Assembly: GCA_964188305.1 (NCBI GenBank) | Contig: OZ076885.1 | Direction: 5' to 3' (one strand) | Length of the DNA: 64,000 bases | From: Podarcis bocagei | Lineage: Eukaryota | Shown here: in pieces, positions 38,959-51,547 of the stretch | Layout of the letters: every line of letters starts with the position of its first letter | Numbering within the stretch: position 1 is the first letter of the stretch | The notes under the pieces: generated by a model | Seen by the model: only the letters and a program-made list of their open reading frames with translations | Told to the model about the DNA's origin: nothing | Database searches by the model: none | Made by a program: the position numbers and the translations under genes

Positions 38959-40800
38959 CACTACGGCTCCCCCCTCCCTCCCCAAATCCTGTTCGGGACC
39001 ATCGGCACCAGGAGCAGCTACTCCGCGGAGTATTCAAGTGCAGGAGGCCCGTCTCCAGCAACTGTGCCAAGACTTGATACAGAATTTCTAGTGTTGCACA
39101 AAAGTAAATTCTGTAGTTAGAGCTGTAGATTTGGGAGAATAAAAAAAAAGGAGGAGCGAGTTCTTTATTACGACACGGATCAAGTTGTTACTGTTTTTTA
39201 TGCAAAACTGTTTGTTCTTAACCCTATGGTGGATCAATTTCTGCACAGACGTGATATTAATGTGACATACACTACAGGCTTTTGGTAAACAGTCTTCATA
39301 TTTAAGTTGGAAAGAAAATAGAGAAGAGTCGCTGGTAGTTTTTTTTTTACTACAGTGCGGTGTCAGGAATATTTTTCTATAGGATGATGTAATGTCTCGT
39401 TAACAGGAAATCCTTTGGGGGGGAAATGGTCCTTTTGAGTGGGAAGTAAAAAGCAGGCTATAAAAGCAGGCTAGTTGCATCCTTGGCTAAATATATTCTA
39501 AATATATTCTGGTTGTGTGTTTTTTCAAGTTTTAGGAGAATGATAGGAAGCTGTAGGGCCATTCCCAGCATCAGTAGAAATATGTCAGGAAGTTGAAAAC
39601 CGAGGTTCTAGTTTGTGGCCTTTTAACTTATTTAGCCATTACATACATTCTCAGCTTTGTAAATGTCCTTCTCCCAACTTTTTAGTCATGTACATAAAAC
39701 TATTGCCGGTAACATTTTATCCTTACCCTGCTTTTTTAGACCTCTTCAGTTCATCATTAGCCGGGGCAGGGCTTTAAAAAAAAGGTGAAAAGAAAAAAAG
39801 ACTGCTGTGAAACAGGTTTTACTTTGCTTTTCCTGCTACCACTTTCGCGGACATTCTTGTAATTCCTCTTTTTGTTTTGCTTTTGTTCCAGTGTTAAAGA
39901 TACACTACATTAAGATAAAATAAAATAAAATACGCTAGGGAGCGTTCTCTTGGGATCGCTCCCTTGAAGGCTGCTTATGCGACGGGATTGTGTAGTAGTA
40001 CTTAAACCATCGGTCTATCTTGATTGGTAACCAAAGTGGAAACGTTGAAGGATGTGTATATGAGGGTGCCTCATCTTCTCCCCACCACCACCTTCCCCAG
40101 TTCATTGTATCCTCGCCTGCATGAAGACCCCATGATTGCTAATCAAAAGTATTGATCATGTAGAGAAAAAAGGAAAAATGCACAGCACACTCCTGTATAT
40201 TTTGCTACGGCCCATGTGCAGCGGTGACATATTGCGTGTATATTTAATCTCATGCTTCCATGTATTATACATTTAGTAATTTTCCCTCTTCCCCACCTCC
40301 ACCTCTCCACACCCCCTTCCCGGGGGGCGGGGGGAATTGTGATCATGTTTCATTTAAAAAAGCGTGTGTAATTAATTCTGTGGCTGGCATATCCAGTTTG
40401 TCATTGTCACATTAGTGTGCCTTCTGTGCCAATTTGATGACAGTTGGATGTCAATTGTTTTTTTAAAAAAAATCTGGTTTCTATGGGCTAATGCTATACC
40501 AATGGCTAATACTCTTTCCTGAAACACTGTATAGGACATGCACTTATCCCTAGTTTTAAATCAAGTGGCTCTAGTCAACATTTAATCCTGTTACATTAAG
40601 TGTTTGACAATACTTGCTCTTTTCTCAGATTCTTGATCAATGAAGCTCAATTTGAGCTGGACACTACTGCTTTTGGGGTTTTCTGGTTTTTACACCTTTT
40701 TTTTTTAAATGTAAGTCTGAAGTCTTTGTAATTATTGAATTGTGAGAACATTTTTGAACAATTTACTTGTCAATAAAGCAGAAGAGGAAGGTTTTAAAAA
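38959..40800 (+). other. CDC42BPB: CDC42BPB 3'UTR (end approximate)
   Basis: AT-rich stretch with no recognisable repeats between the stop codon and AATAAA at 40772. Confidence 0.75.
40772..40777 (+). terminator. Polyadenylation signal AATAAA of CDC42BPB
   Basis: AATAAA preceded by U-rich and TGTA elements, followed by pyrimidine-rich sequence. Confidence 0.75.
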
Positions 40801-41506
40801 GTACCCGGAGCTCCTGTCTTCCTTCTCTGGACAAGCATGCATTGGCCTCTCATACCTGCCTGGTTCGTTTGAAAGTCACCAGGACATGATTTGAAAGGGG
40901 AAGAACAACCCTGTGTTCTATGTTTCACCTTCAACCAACCAAATAAGCAACCTCAATACAAACAGCAACTCTTAAGTGGTCTTCTGAGGACGAGAAATGT
41001 ATCAGCACCTGAAGTTGCTTCCTGCAGCTTGCCGCAGTCTTTCGGTTCCTTACTAGAGATTGCAGAAAGAGTGGTAATTGCTGCTGATGTTCTGTTGCTC
41101 TTTTCCTTTGGCCCAAGGGTCATCCAGTGGAGTTGAGGCCAGATCAGTGCAGTAGACAGCAGGCAGCTTGTCTTGGAAATAATAGCTAGATGAGAATGGT
41201 ATTAATAGTCTTGATTAACCTTGTTGTTTTCCTCAGTGCAAATGGAAAGCTCTTTTCTTATTCTTTTTAGGCGGGAGGTGGGCATAATGGGGCATTGCCA
41301 GTATTACACACAAGCATTTTGACCAGGCCCCGGAAAAACATTTGTGTGGGATTTTGTTCCCGAAATGCAGAAGCTTTTAAGGACTGTTGACACTCTCGCA
41401 CACAGCCCGACAAATTTGCTGCAATATCTTTTAAGTGGCTTAGAAAAATTAAGGTGGGAGAGGGGTGAGAACTTGGAATTAAATTCTGGTGTTAAATATT
41501 CTACAT

Positions 41507-41757
41507 CAGGCATGTCCAAAAGGTAGATCGTGATCTACCAGTAGATCACTGGACGTCTGCGGTAGATCACTGGTAGAACATTGGCTCCCCCCAAAGAAGC
41601 TGAGCAACTGTGGCTCCCCTAAAAAAAGCTCAATGTTTTACCTCCTCCCTGAAAAAACTCAACAACGTTGACCCCAAACCCCCCAAAAGGGGGTAGATCA
41701 CTGCCAGTTTTTAACTCTGTGAGTAGATTGCAGTCTCTTGGGAGTTGGCCACCCCTG
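41507..41757. mobile_element. hAT MITE
   Basis: CAGG...CCTG ends, internal GTAGATC repeats, 8-bp TSD TTCTACAT. Confidence 0.85.
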
Positions 41758-41765
41758 TTCTACAT

Positions 41766-41883
41766 CAATGAAGTGGATTCCAGTCCACAAAAGCTTGTGC
41801 TGCCAATAAACTTTTTGGTCTTTAAAGTGCCACAAGATTCTCCATTGGTTTTGCTGCAACAGACTAATGGCTGCCCCTCTAGA
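41766..41883 (+). mobile_element. Penelope-like pLTR remnant with decayed hammerhead motif
   Basis: ATGAAGTGGATTCCAGTCCACAAAAGCTT...AATAAA...GTCTTTAAAGTGCCACAAG. Confidence 0.65.
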
Positions 41884-42745
41884 GGATGTAATTTAACAGT
41901 GCGGATTTGATAAAGCACAACTTGTTCCAGGTTGCACTGCAGACATAACAGCAATTGCAGAAGAATCCACATGCATCCACTACTTAGACACAGAGAGTGA
42001 CAGTGAAGAATATGTGCAAAGGCAGGAAGTTTAAATTAAGCTGCCCTTTTCTATCCAGGGACAGCGCTTAGCTGAAAAGCTGTCAATTTATTTGCAGCAT
42101 TTAGGGAGCAGGTGAGAGCTGCAGGCTGGACCTGAACCACAATTTACTAATGCAAAGGCATCACTGAAATGAGGTATCCTAGCAAATAAACCCTAGTATA
42201 CTTTGACCTCTTTTGCTGAATTTTCACTCGGATACAACCAAGGCATAACTTCATAAACAAGCCAGGAGCTTTAACATGGACACCAAGTGGCAGATCAAAC
42301 TCGCTGCCACCAAATATTTGCTTCTCCAAATATTTTCACGCTAATGGCAAAGCTGGAGTAATTTGAGACTGATGTGGTTGCACAATTTCGCTTTATTTTA
42401 GACCCAGGATCTTCTAAAAGTCATTTAAGCTACATTCCTAAATATACTTTTCCTGGGAGTAAGATTTATTGAACACAGTGGGAATTGCTTCTGCGTGAAT
42501 TTATTTTTATCATGGACAGATGTACACTTCCCATTCAGCAAAGTTCTCCGGGAAGTAAACAATACATAGGATTGCACCTTAACAGATTATATTCATTCTC
42601 AGTAACTTTGCCATGCTGTAAAATGACTGAATAGCCGGAGCAGAACTTAAGTATGCCTTAAACCAAAGAAGTACATATTTACAAGAACACTTTAGCATAG
42701 AGGAATTAAATGATGAAACAAATCTCTTGAAAACTTGCTACCCAG

Positions 42746-43683
42746 ATGCAGATGACACCCAGCTCTACCTCTCCTTTAAATCAGAACCAGTGAAGGCGGT
42801 GAAGGTCCTGTGTGAGTGCCTGAAGGCGGTTGGAGGATGGATGGCAGCAAACAGATTGAGGTTGAATCCTGACAAGACAGAAGTACTGTTTTGGGGGGAC
42901 AGGGGGCGGGCGGGTGGGGGGGATTCCCTGGCCCTGAATGGGGTAACTGTGCCCCTGAAGGACCAGGTGCGCAGCCTGGGAGTCATTTTGGACTCACAGC
43001 TGTCCATGGAGGCGCAGGTTAATTCTGTGTCCAGGGCAGCTGTCTACCAGCTCCATCTGGTACGCAGGCTAAGACCCTACCTGCCCACGGACTGTCTCGC
43101 CAGAGTGGTGCATGCTCTAGTTATCTCCCGCTTGGACTACTGCTACGTGCTCTACGTGGGGCTACCTTTGAAGGTGACCCAGAAACTGCAATTAATCCAG
43201 AATGCGGCAGCTAGACTGGTGACTGGGAGTGGCCGCCGGGACCACATAACACCGGTTCTGAGAGATCTGCATTGGTTCCCAGTACGTTTCGGAGCACAAT
43301 TCAAAGTGTTGGTGCTGACCTTTAAAGCCCTAAACAGCCTCAGTCCAGTATACCTGAAGGAGCGTCTCCACCCCCATCGTTCAGCCCGGACACTGAGGTC
43401 CAACGCCAAGGGCCTTCTGGCAGTTCCCTCACTGCGAGAAGCAAAGCTACAGGGAACCAGGCAGAGGGCCTTCTCGGTAGTGGTGCCTGCCCTGTGGAAT
43501 ATTCACATTCCTTCAGATGTGAAGGAAATAAGCAGCTATCCTATCTTTAAAAGACATCTGAAGGCGCAGAAGTTTTCAGGGAAGTTTTTAATATTTAACG
43601 CTGTACTGTATTTAACACTTGATTGGGAGCCGCCCAGAGTGACTGGGGAAACTCAGCCAGATGGGCGGGGTATAAATAATAAA

Positions 43684-43733
<50 letters not shown>
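42746..43733 (+). mobile_element. Young L2 LINE 3' fragment with (TAT)n tail
   Basis: open frame from ADDTQLY through WMAANRLRLNPDKTE, SRLDYC, LQLIQNAAAR. Confidence 0.92.
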
Positions 43734-43735
<2 letters not shown>

Positions 43736-44612
43736 CTTTTATCTTAGGCACAGATTGCAAAATTTGCCAGATCCCCAGCATTCCAGACCTACTTCTAGGA
43801 ATAGTTGTCCCCACAGGGGAAAATCTAAGACAAAGCAGGTAGATTGGGAAATGTGTCTTCCAATAAAACGCAACTGGAAAAATGAAAGGGACATTACTAT
43901 TGTCCATGAGGTTTATGGTCATATGTACAACATCCTAGTGAAGGACCATGTCATAATTAAAGGCTTTTTCCTTCTTGAGAACATAAATTGAGTTTGCCAT
44001 GGAGAAAGTATAAGCAGACAGTATACAGCTACTCAATTTGAACTGGTCTTCAAGAATTAACATCAAAAGCCAGTATGTTAAAAGCTTGATTGGCTATTAC
44101 TGTTGAAGTATAAACTCAGATGGTTAATAAACCTCTTATCTAAAAGTCTTTGTAAGAGTCCCAAGAGAGCTGAGAGTTAACTTAGGCCTCAAATTAGGGT
44201 TTCCAAGGGGAAAGACCTTCCCAATGCTCGATGGTGCAATTTGAAAACTAGGGCAAGCTCTGTATATACAGAACGCCAAAGGGAATATTTGAATGGGCTG
44301 TTGCTTTGCCTTTGGTTAGCCCTTGAATTGAACCTTTAGTTTATGAGGAAAACCTTAGAGGTTGTGTCCTCCTCAGAATGGAAGATGCCAGGGACCAGGC
44401 CCATTGTTCAGGCCATGTCTGCAGTATAAAGATGTCTGCAACCTTGGCTTGAAGGCTGGCAACATTAACCCTTCCGTGTGGGAATCTCTTGCAGGCAACT
44501 GCGGTGCCTGAAGACAGACAAACAGGTCATGCAACCACCGCAGTGACCAGAGGAGGAATGGCCACCGGGAGGATTGCAGAAAGTGGCCCCTAGGGCTCTT
44601 GTTACAAGCGAT

Positions 44613-44655
<43 letters not shown>

Positions 44656-45035
44656 AATTTACTATTTATACCCCGCCCATCTGGCTGGGTTTCCCCAGCC
44701 ACTCTGGGCGGCTTCCAACAAAGTATTAAAATACAGTGGTCTGTTAAACATTAAAAGCTTCCCTAAACAGTTCTGCCTTCAGATGTCTTCTGAAAGTCTG
44801 GTAGTTATTTCTCTCTTTGACATCTGGTGGGAGGGCATTCCACAGGTCGGGTGCCACTACCAACAAGGCCCTCTGCCTGGTTCCCTGTAACTTGGCTTCT
44901 CGCAGTGAGGGAACTGCCAGAAGGCCCTCGGCGCTAGACCTCAGTGTCCGGGCAGAACAATTGGGGTGGAGATGCTTCTTCAGGTATACTGGACTGAGGC
45001 TGTTTAGGGCTTTAAAGACCAGCACCAACACTTTG
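44613..45035 (-). mobile_element. L2 3' fragment with (ATC)n tail
   Basis: same L2 3' end as 42746-43733, reverse orientation. Confidence 0.9.
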
Positions 45036-46202
45036 ATAAGCTGCAGTTCACAGGGGTGGTATTCAACAAAATTTTGCTCAGAGAAAACCCACTCCAATTA
45101 ATGGATTGAACTTCGTCATATTGATTTCAGTGGGTCTGTTCTAAGTAAAATCTTTCTGGGTGCCAACCACAGGCTCAACCAGAAGGGGGACCATGGAATA
45201 AAATAAACCTCCCACCAGCCAATCTCATTGCTATCTCCTGGTTCCCTATACATCACCCAGAGGCAAAACAGATTACCAAAGCAATTTTCCTCCTTGTGTC
45301 AGCACGCTCAGGACAATATCAATCACAGAAGGCTTGTTCCCTACACCCTGCGTACTTGGCATGGCGGCTGTGTAAACCAGCAAAGAAGCTATTCTGAGGT
45401 CAGTTTGGATCCAGAGAGCTACAGTATAAAAATGGATGAGATAAGCCATCTGCTGCACTCCTTGCAGTTCCGGCACCTCAGTCCTTTCCAACAATAATAA
45501 CATGACCAGGCACTGCCTTTTCTGGCTGGGAGTGGGAAGTGATCAGAGGCAGGGAGCGAGGCTGGTACATAGGTGTGACAAAGGCATCCAAGGTTATCTT
45601 TTTCCACTGACAAGCTATGATTAATTTGGGTTTCTTTTTTTCCAAAGGCCTGAAAGGGTCAGCATCCGTTTGAAACGACATGATCCATACGCTGAAAAAT
45701 ATTGCTTCCCACTGCCCCAAAAAGTGAAACAGAAGGTCAACATTCTGGGCATATGAAAATGAATGGGCAATGAAAATTATGGGCATATTTGTGCTACAAA
45801 TGTAGTGCTTTTACATTCTATACAAAAGTATACTGACTTTGAAGCACACAGGACAGGGGTTAAGTGGAATTGGATAGCTCTTTTACCTGTGCCGGCACCC
45901 GTGGCACTTTTAGCAGTTTATGAATATTGGTGTCTCTATTTTATTTTATTTTTACTGCCCCTAATACACACACACACACAGAGAGAATCCAGGGCTACAC
46001 TGGGTCTCCCAGAGGGCATAAAGCAAGGGTCTTCAATGCTGCACCTCAGGCACCTATGGGTGACCGCTGGTACCTGCTATGGCACCCACAAAAGGTTTCA
46101 GCAAATATCCTCTTTAAAAATTCACAGTGCAGGTGAGACTGTGTACTCTGCCTGCTCGCTTCCCGTTTGCACTGGCTCCACCTCTCCTGCACTGAACACA
46201 TT

Positions 46203-46520
46203 GCGGGTGGCGCTGTGGTCTAAACCACTGAGTCTCTTGGGCTTGCCGATCAGAAGGTCAGCGGTTCGAATCCCCATGATGGGGTGAGCTCCCGTTGCTC
46301 TGTCCCAGCTCCTGCCAACCTAGCAGAAAGCATACCAATGCGAGTAGATAAATAGGTACCGCTGTGGTGGGAAGGTAAACAGTGTTTCCATGCACTCTGG
46401 TTTCTGTCACGGTGTCCCGTTGCACCAGAAGTGGTTTAGTCATACTGGCCACAAGAGCTGGAAAGCTGTCTGTGGACAAACGCCGGCTCCCTCGGCCTGA
46501 AAGTGAGATGAGTGCCAGGA
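46203..46520 (+). mobile_element. Sauria SINE, 3'-truncated
   Basis: GCGGGTGGCGCTGTGGTCTAAACCAC...GGTTCGAATCC head. Confidence 0.85.
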
Positions 46521-46907
46521 TTAGAGACAAGCCCTCCCTTCCATTCTTAATAGAGAAGAGGGACCAAGAGCTTCTCCCTGTGAGTTAGTGGCAAGGATGG
46601 TTATCGGTGCTCTTTCCCCACTGATATAAAGCCATTCTGGCACCATTTTGTGGCGCTACCTTTTTTTTAGATACACTGCCTATTTTTTTGTGACTGGCAC
46701 CCACAGCACTTTCTCAGAATCTTAAATGCTCCCAGTGGCCCAAAAGATTTGGTAGCAGAGCACCCAACGTATCAAATGTGATGGCTTGCTTTTCCCCCCA
46801 CAGCACATTTCCAAACTTTTCACAGCACACAGTTTGGCAATCTCTGTGGTCTACCGAAGAATCAAAGGAACCTGGGTGGGTGGGTGATGACTGCAATGAG
46901 CGCATTA

Positions 46908-47248
46908 AAGGTAAAGCGACCCCTGACCATTAGGTCCAGTCGTGACCGACTCTGGGGTTGCGGCGCTCATCTCGCTTTATTGGCCGAGGGAGCCGGTGTA
47001 CAGCTTCCGGGTCATGTGGCCAGCATGACTAAGGCGAACCAGAGCAGCACACAGAAACGCCGTTTACCTTCCCGCCGGAGCGGTACCTATTTATCTACTT
47101 GCACTTTGATGTGCTTTCGAACTGCTAGGTTGGTAGGAGCAGGGACCAAGCAATGGGAGCTCACCCCGTCGCGTGGATTCGAACCGCCAACCTTCTGATC
47201 GGCAAGCCCCAGGCTCTGTGGTTTAACCCACAGCGCTACCCACATCCC
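46908..47248 (-). mobile_element. Sauria SINE
   Basis: very similar to 3559-3900; TSD TGAGCG(C/T)ATTA. Confidence 0.9.
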
Positions 47249-48912
47249 TGAGCGTATTATATGCCCCCAAATGGTGAGACGATGCAGTACCTACGAAAGA
47301 GGAGTGGCAGATGAAATGGATGGAATATGCTGAATCAGCAAGTTTAACTCGTCAAATTAAGAGAATGAGATGAGGCAGCCTTCAGGGAGGATTGGAAACC
47401 ATAGATTTTAATTTTTTTAAAAAAATTATTGTAAACATGCTAAAACGCTAGCCAGTTTGGAGTATGCTCAGCAGTTATTTTGAGAATAAGGTGGAGGAAA
47501 GAAGGAACAGAATAATCATTTGAGGAAACCACGGAAGGGAAGTTAATCACTAAGGGACACTGGACGCTGGAACTGATTGTATTGCGTTTCTGGGAAATTC
47601 ATAAACAAAATTTTAAATGGAAAGGAATCACCCGGGAGCTTTGCAGCCCAACTCTTTCTGCGAGAGAAATCAGTCCTCTGATGGAGGAAATGCCTCTTGC
47701 ACCCCTTCCCATCCTTCCCTCCGGCCCTCAGTCCCCTCCAAGGATGTGGCTGCAGAGGCATGCAGCCAAGACCTAAAGGAGTGAGACCAGCTTATCAGGG
47801 CATCCCACCATTCCCAGCAAGTTCACAGCAGCCAGCCCTGCCTCCCACATCTTTGAAAAGCCCCTGAGTGGGTGATGGGACGTGTCTTCCCTCAGGAAGG
47901 GAACAGAATGTGCTTTGTTAGCACGCTGACAGAATTGATCACCGCTTTAATTAAAGTCTTTTCAGTAAGTGACCTTAAGCTCTCGCCGCTGATGCTAATG
48001 CCTTGCGAAATCATCCTCGCTAGCCGAGGGAATCCTGACTCCCAAATACCAAACCGCTAACCTGCCATGATAGGTGGCATAAATTTCACGCCGGCTGAAG
48101 CCCTCCTCCTCCTTGACATACCCTGCATTTTGCCATGTTATCCCTGGCACACGCTCTCCTTAGATCAAAACATCCCTCTGCGTGACTCACTCGATTTCGC
48201 GCTGGTATATTTGTACGAAGATGCCCTCACCCGCTGCACCCTCTTGGCTGAGAAATTGCGTTTCACCGCTGAGCTGGGCAACGGTCCCTATAATTATTGC
48301 CTTTTCTTTTCCTGGCTCCTTAGTCAGGGTTGTGCTCAGCAGACAGCTTTTCTTTCCTTTTCTCTCCCAAGCACTGATAAAGAGAGCTGAAACAGACTGA
48401 AAATGTGGGAAAGAAGGGATCGGAAGGAAAGGCTGAAATGTTTCCAGGAGGAAAAGTAGATCAGAACTTTAGAGGGAGCCTCAGGCTTGGGGAGCAATGT
48501 GGCCTCCGAGGCCTCTCTATGTGGCCCTCATAACCCTCCCCAAGCCACATCCCTCACTGGCCCTGCTTAGCCGCACCCCCTGTTTTTGCCAGGTGGGAAT
48601 ATGTCCTTCAACTAGGATGCTGCCTCCTGGCAGGCTGGAAGGAGGATACAGAGGGGAGGGCAAGGGAATGAAGAAACTACAAAAGGGAAATTCGCATGGG
48701 TTGCCCCACCCACTTTTACCTCTGGCTCCACCCACCACAGGCTCAGTAGGTTGCACGGAAGGGAACACTCTCTCTCACACACACACGTTTTCCCAACTCT
48801 GCCATAGGATGTGCAAACTTTTTCTTTTTTTAGCTTGGCTTACTTCTTTGCCTATAACATCAGCCACCAGAGAAGCTTTCCCTGGCATGAAAATAAAACA
48901 AACGACATTTGC

Positions 48913-49158
48913 AGAGGGCCTTCTCGGTAGTGGCACCCGCCCTGTGGAACACCCTCCCACCAGATGTCAAAGAGAAAAACAACTACCAGACTTTTAGAAG
49001 ACATCTGAAGGCAGCCCTGTTTAGGGAAGCTTTTAATGTTTAATAGGTTATTGTATTTTAATATTCTGTTGGAAGCCACCCAGAGTGGCTGGGGAAACCC
49101 AGCCAGATGGGCGGGGTATAAATATTATATTGTTGTTGTTGTTGTTGTTGTTGTTATT
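48913..49158 (+). mobile_element. L2 3' end with (TTG)n tail
   Basis: same L2 3' end sequence. Confidence 0.88.
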
Positions 49159-50590
49159 GCACTTCCAAGTGTTCAAAATGTGTCATGTGTATGATTTAGT
49201 TATTACAACAACCCTGTAAGTCCAGGATCGGTGACCTCAGGCCTAGAGAGCAAATGTGGCCCTCCGAGTCTTTCTGCCTGGCCCCCGGAACTCTCCCCAG
49301 GTTACACCCCTTATTAGCCTAGCTTTGCACTTTCCCATACTGTCACATGACCAGGACATCCCGGAATTACCGATACCATCCCAATATGTCCTGCTTTGGG
49401 TGCTACGCTCTTCCCCCTGAGCTGTAACTGCCCCATCTCCCACCAACCAATCACATGTGGTTTGAAATCAGGAGGGAGCAAGCGACCACAGCATCTTCTG
49501 TCCTCCTACTGCGCATCCTTGATCCAGCGCTGCTGCTGCTGCTTAGCTTGCATTTCCAAAGCCTTCCCGAAGGTCATTGGAAAGACCTTCCCATCCTTTG
49601 TGTGCATGCTTTCCTCCTGCTCCTGTTTATGGGCAGTAAACCAGCCCATGCCGAGGTTTGGAAAAGGAGGTACATCTGATCTGGGCAAGAAACATATTGG
49701 AAGACAAATTCAATTTTCATCCGCACATCTCCAGCGAGCCATTATCCTGGAGACAGGTGCGCAATGCTTTTAAATGCTATAGAGTAGCTGTCACATTTTG
49801 GCAGTGCTCGTGATATATATCAAAATGAGTTCCAAGGTCTCCTCTCCAAAGAGAGAGAGAGAGAGGGAAGGAGGAGGTATTCCAGCCACTAAAATAATAA
49901 CAGTAAAAAAGAAGAAGGGCGGGTGGGGGAGAATCAAGTTGCCATAACTTCCTGTGCAGATCATCTGCCGGCAGGCTCCCATCAATAAACCGCAGTTGCG
50001 TGTGTCTTTTCGTCACTTTCCCATTTGCAGAAGATTTAGTTGTTGGCCTTTAAAAAATGAAGTCTTGTAATGCAATACCAATATGAGGAAAGAACTGGTT
50101 TTCTTTGGTTTGAAACTGGAGGTATTTGCCTGCTGCTGCTGCTGCTGCTCAAAGCCGGCCCTATCAATTGGCAGAGTAAGGCAGTTGCCTCACATGGCAG
50201 ATATGGCAGGGTTTGTGTGTATGCTCAGGGAGGGAGGGTAAGGAGTCGGAGGTCTGAGTTTCCTCCTTGCTTTCCTGCAAAGCCCTAAGCTTCCTGTCAA
50301 ATCTATGAAGTGATGCTTATAACGTATTGAAGAAGAACCGAGGGGAAATCCTTTTTAATCTCTCCTTCCCGTTTTCGTGAAGGAACATTACTGAACAATC
50401 AATTCCAGGGAATGGGGCAAATACCTTGCATACCCTTTTGCTGGTTGGATACATGTTCTCTTTCTTTCTCTCTCCCACCCAATCCGTCATGCTGGGAAAA
50501 CACGCTGGGATGATTGTAGGTGTTGCCAGGTCCCGTCCTGCCACAATGAGTGGTCGAAGGGAGAAGAGGGAGAAGGCTAGGAGGAGGAGT

Positions 50591-51547
50591 TGTCATAAAC
50601 TGAAGAGATAACAGAGCTTAGTAGGCAGGGGCAAAAAAAGCAGAGACATCGCCTTGCCAACAAAGGTCCATATAGTTAAAGCTATGGTTTTCCCAGTGGT
50701 GATGTATGGAAGTGAGAGCTGGACCATAAAGAAGGTTGATCGCCGAAGAATTGATGCTTTTGAATTATGGTGCTGGAGGAGACTCTTGAGAGTCCCATGG
50801 ACTGCAAGAAGATCCAACCTCTCCATTCTGAAGGAAATCAGCCCTGAGTGCTCACTGGAAGGACAGATCCTGAAGCTGAGGCTCCAATACTTTGGCCACC
50901 TTATGAGAAGAGAAGACTCCCTGGAAAAGACCCGGATGTTGGGAAAGATGGAGGGCACAAGGAGAAGGGGACGACAGAGGACGAAATGGTTGGATAGTGT
51001 TCTCGAAGCTACCAGCATGAGTTTGACCAAACTGTGGGAGGCAGTGGAAGACAGGAGTGCCTGGCGTGCTCTGGTCCATGGGGTCACGAAGAGTCGAACA
51101 CGAATAAACAACTAAACAACAAGAAGTGGGCAGGGGGAGTCTGTGGCAGAGAGCAGTCCAGAATCAGAAGCTGAAGTATGAGAAGAGGGAGGCCAAGAGG
51201 CAGAGATTAGTCAGGCTGGTGGAGAGTCACAGGTGTTTCCCCCTCCTGTTGTGACAAGCTCCCCTCCCTCCTGGTCTCCCAGAATCAGGAGAGGCATGAA
51301 GAGGGAGGAGGAGAAGTTAGCTTCACTCAAGCTCCGTCTCAGGTTGCTTGAGGAAAACCCTGGAGAGGAGGCAGCTGTGGGAAGGTTGGGACATTCAATC
51401 TCAGCAATGGCTTCAGGGGAGCAAGACCTGCCGGAGATGAGTTGCTGTGCTCATTAGGCCTGACACTCCTCTGCAGATCCTGTTTTTGCTAATAAAGAAT
51501 CAGCTTCAACTTGCTCAGTGTGATTTACTGCTGGCTCGCTCCTGTCA
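50591..51547 (+). mobile_element. Solo LTR interrupted by Bov-B
   Basis: TGTCA...CA ends, 6-bp TSD AGGAGT, AATAAA at 51491; partial second copy at 61193-61487. Confidence 0.75.
50632..51124 (+). mobile_element. Bov-B (RTE) LINE 3' fragment
   Basis: TKVHIVKAMVFPVVMYGSESWTIKK..RRRIDAFELWCWRRLLRVPWTARRSN; (CAA)-type tail; TSD AGT(A/G)GGCAGGGG. Confidence 0.92.

Noticed and set aside
42727-43842. 371-aa ORF, the longest in the track
   Set aside because: 5'-truncated L2 ORF2 running into its (TAT)n tail; not a host gene
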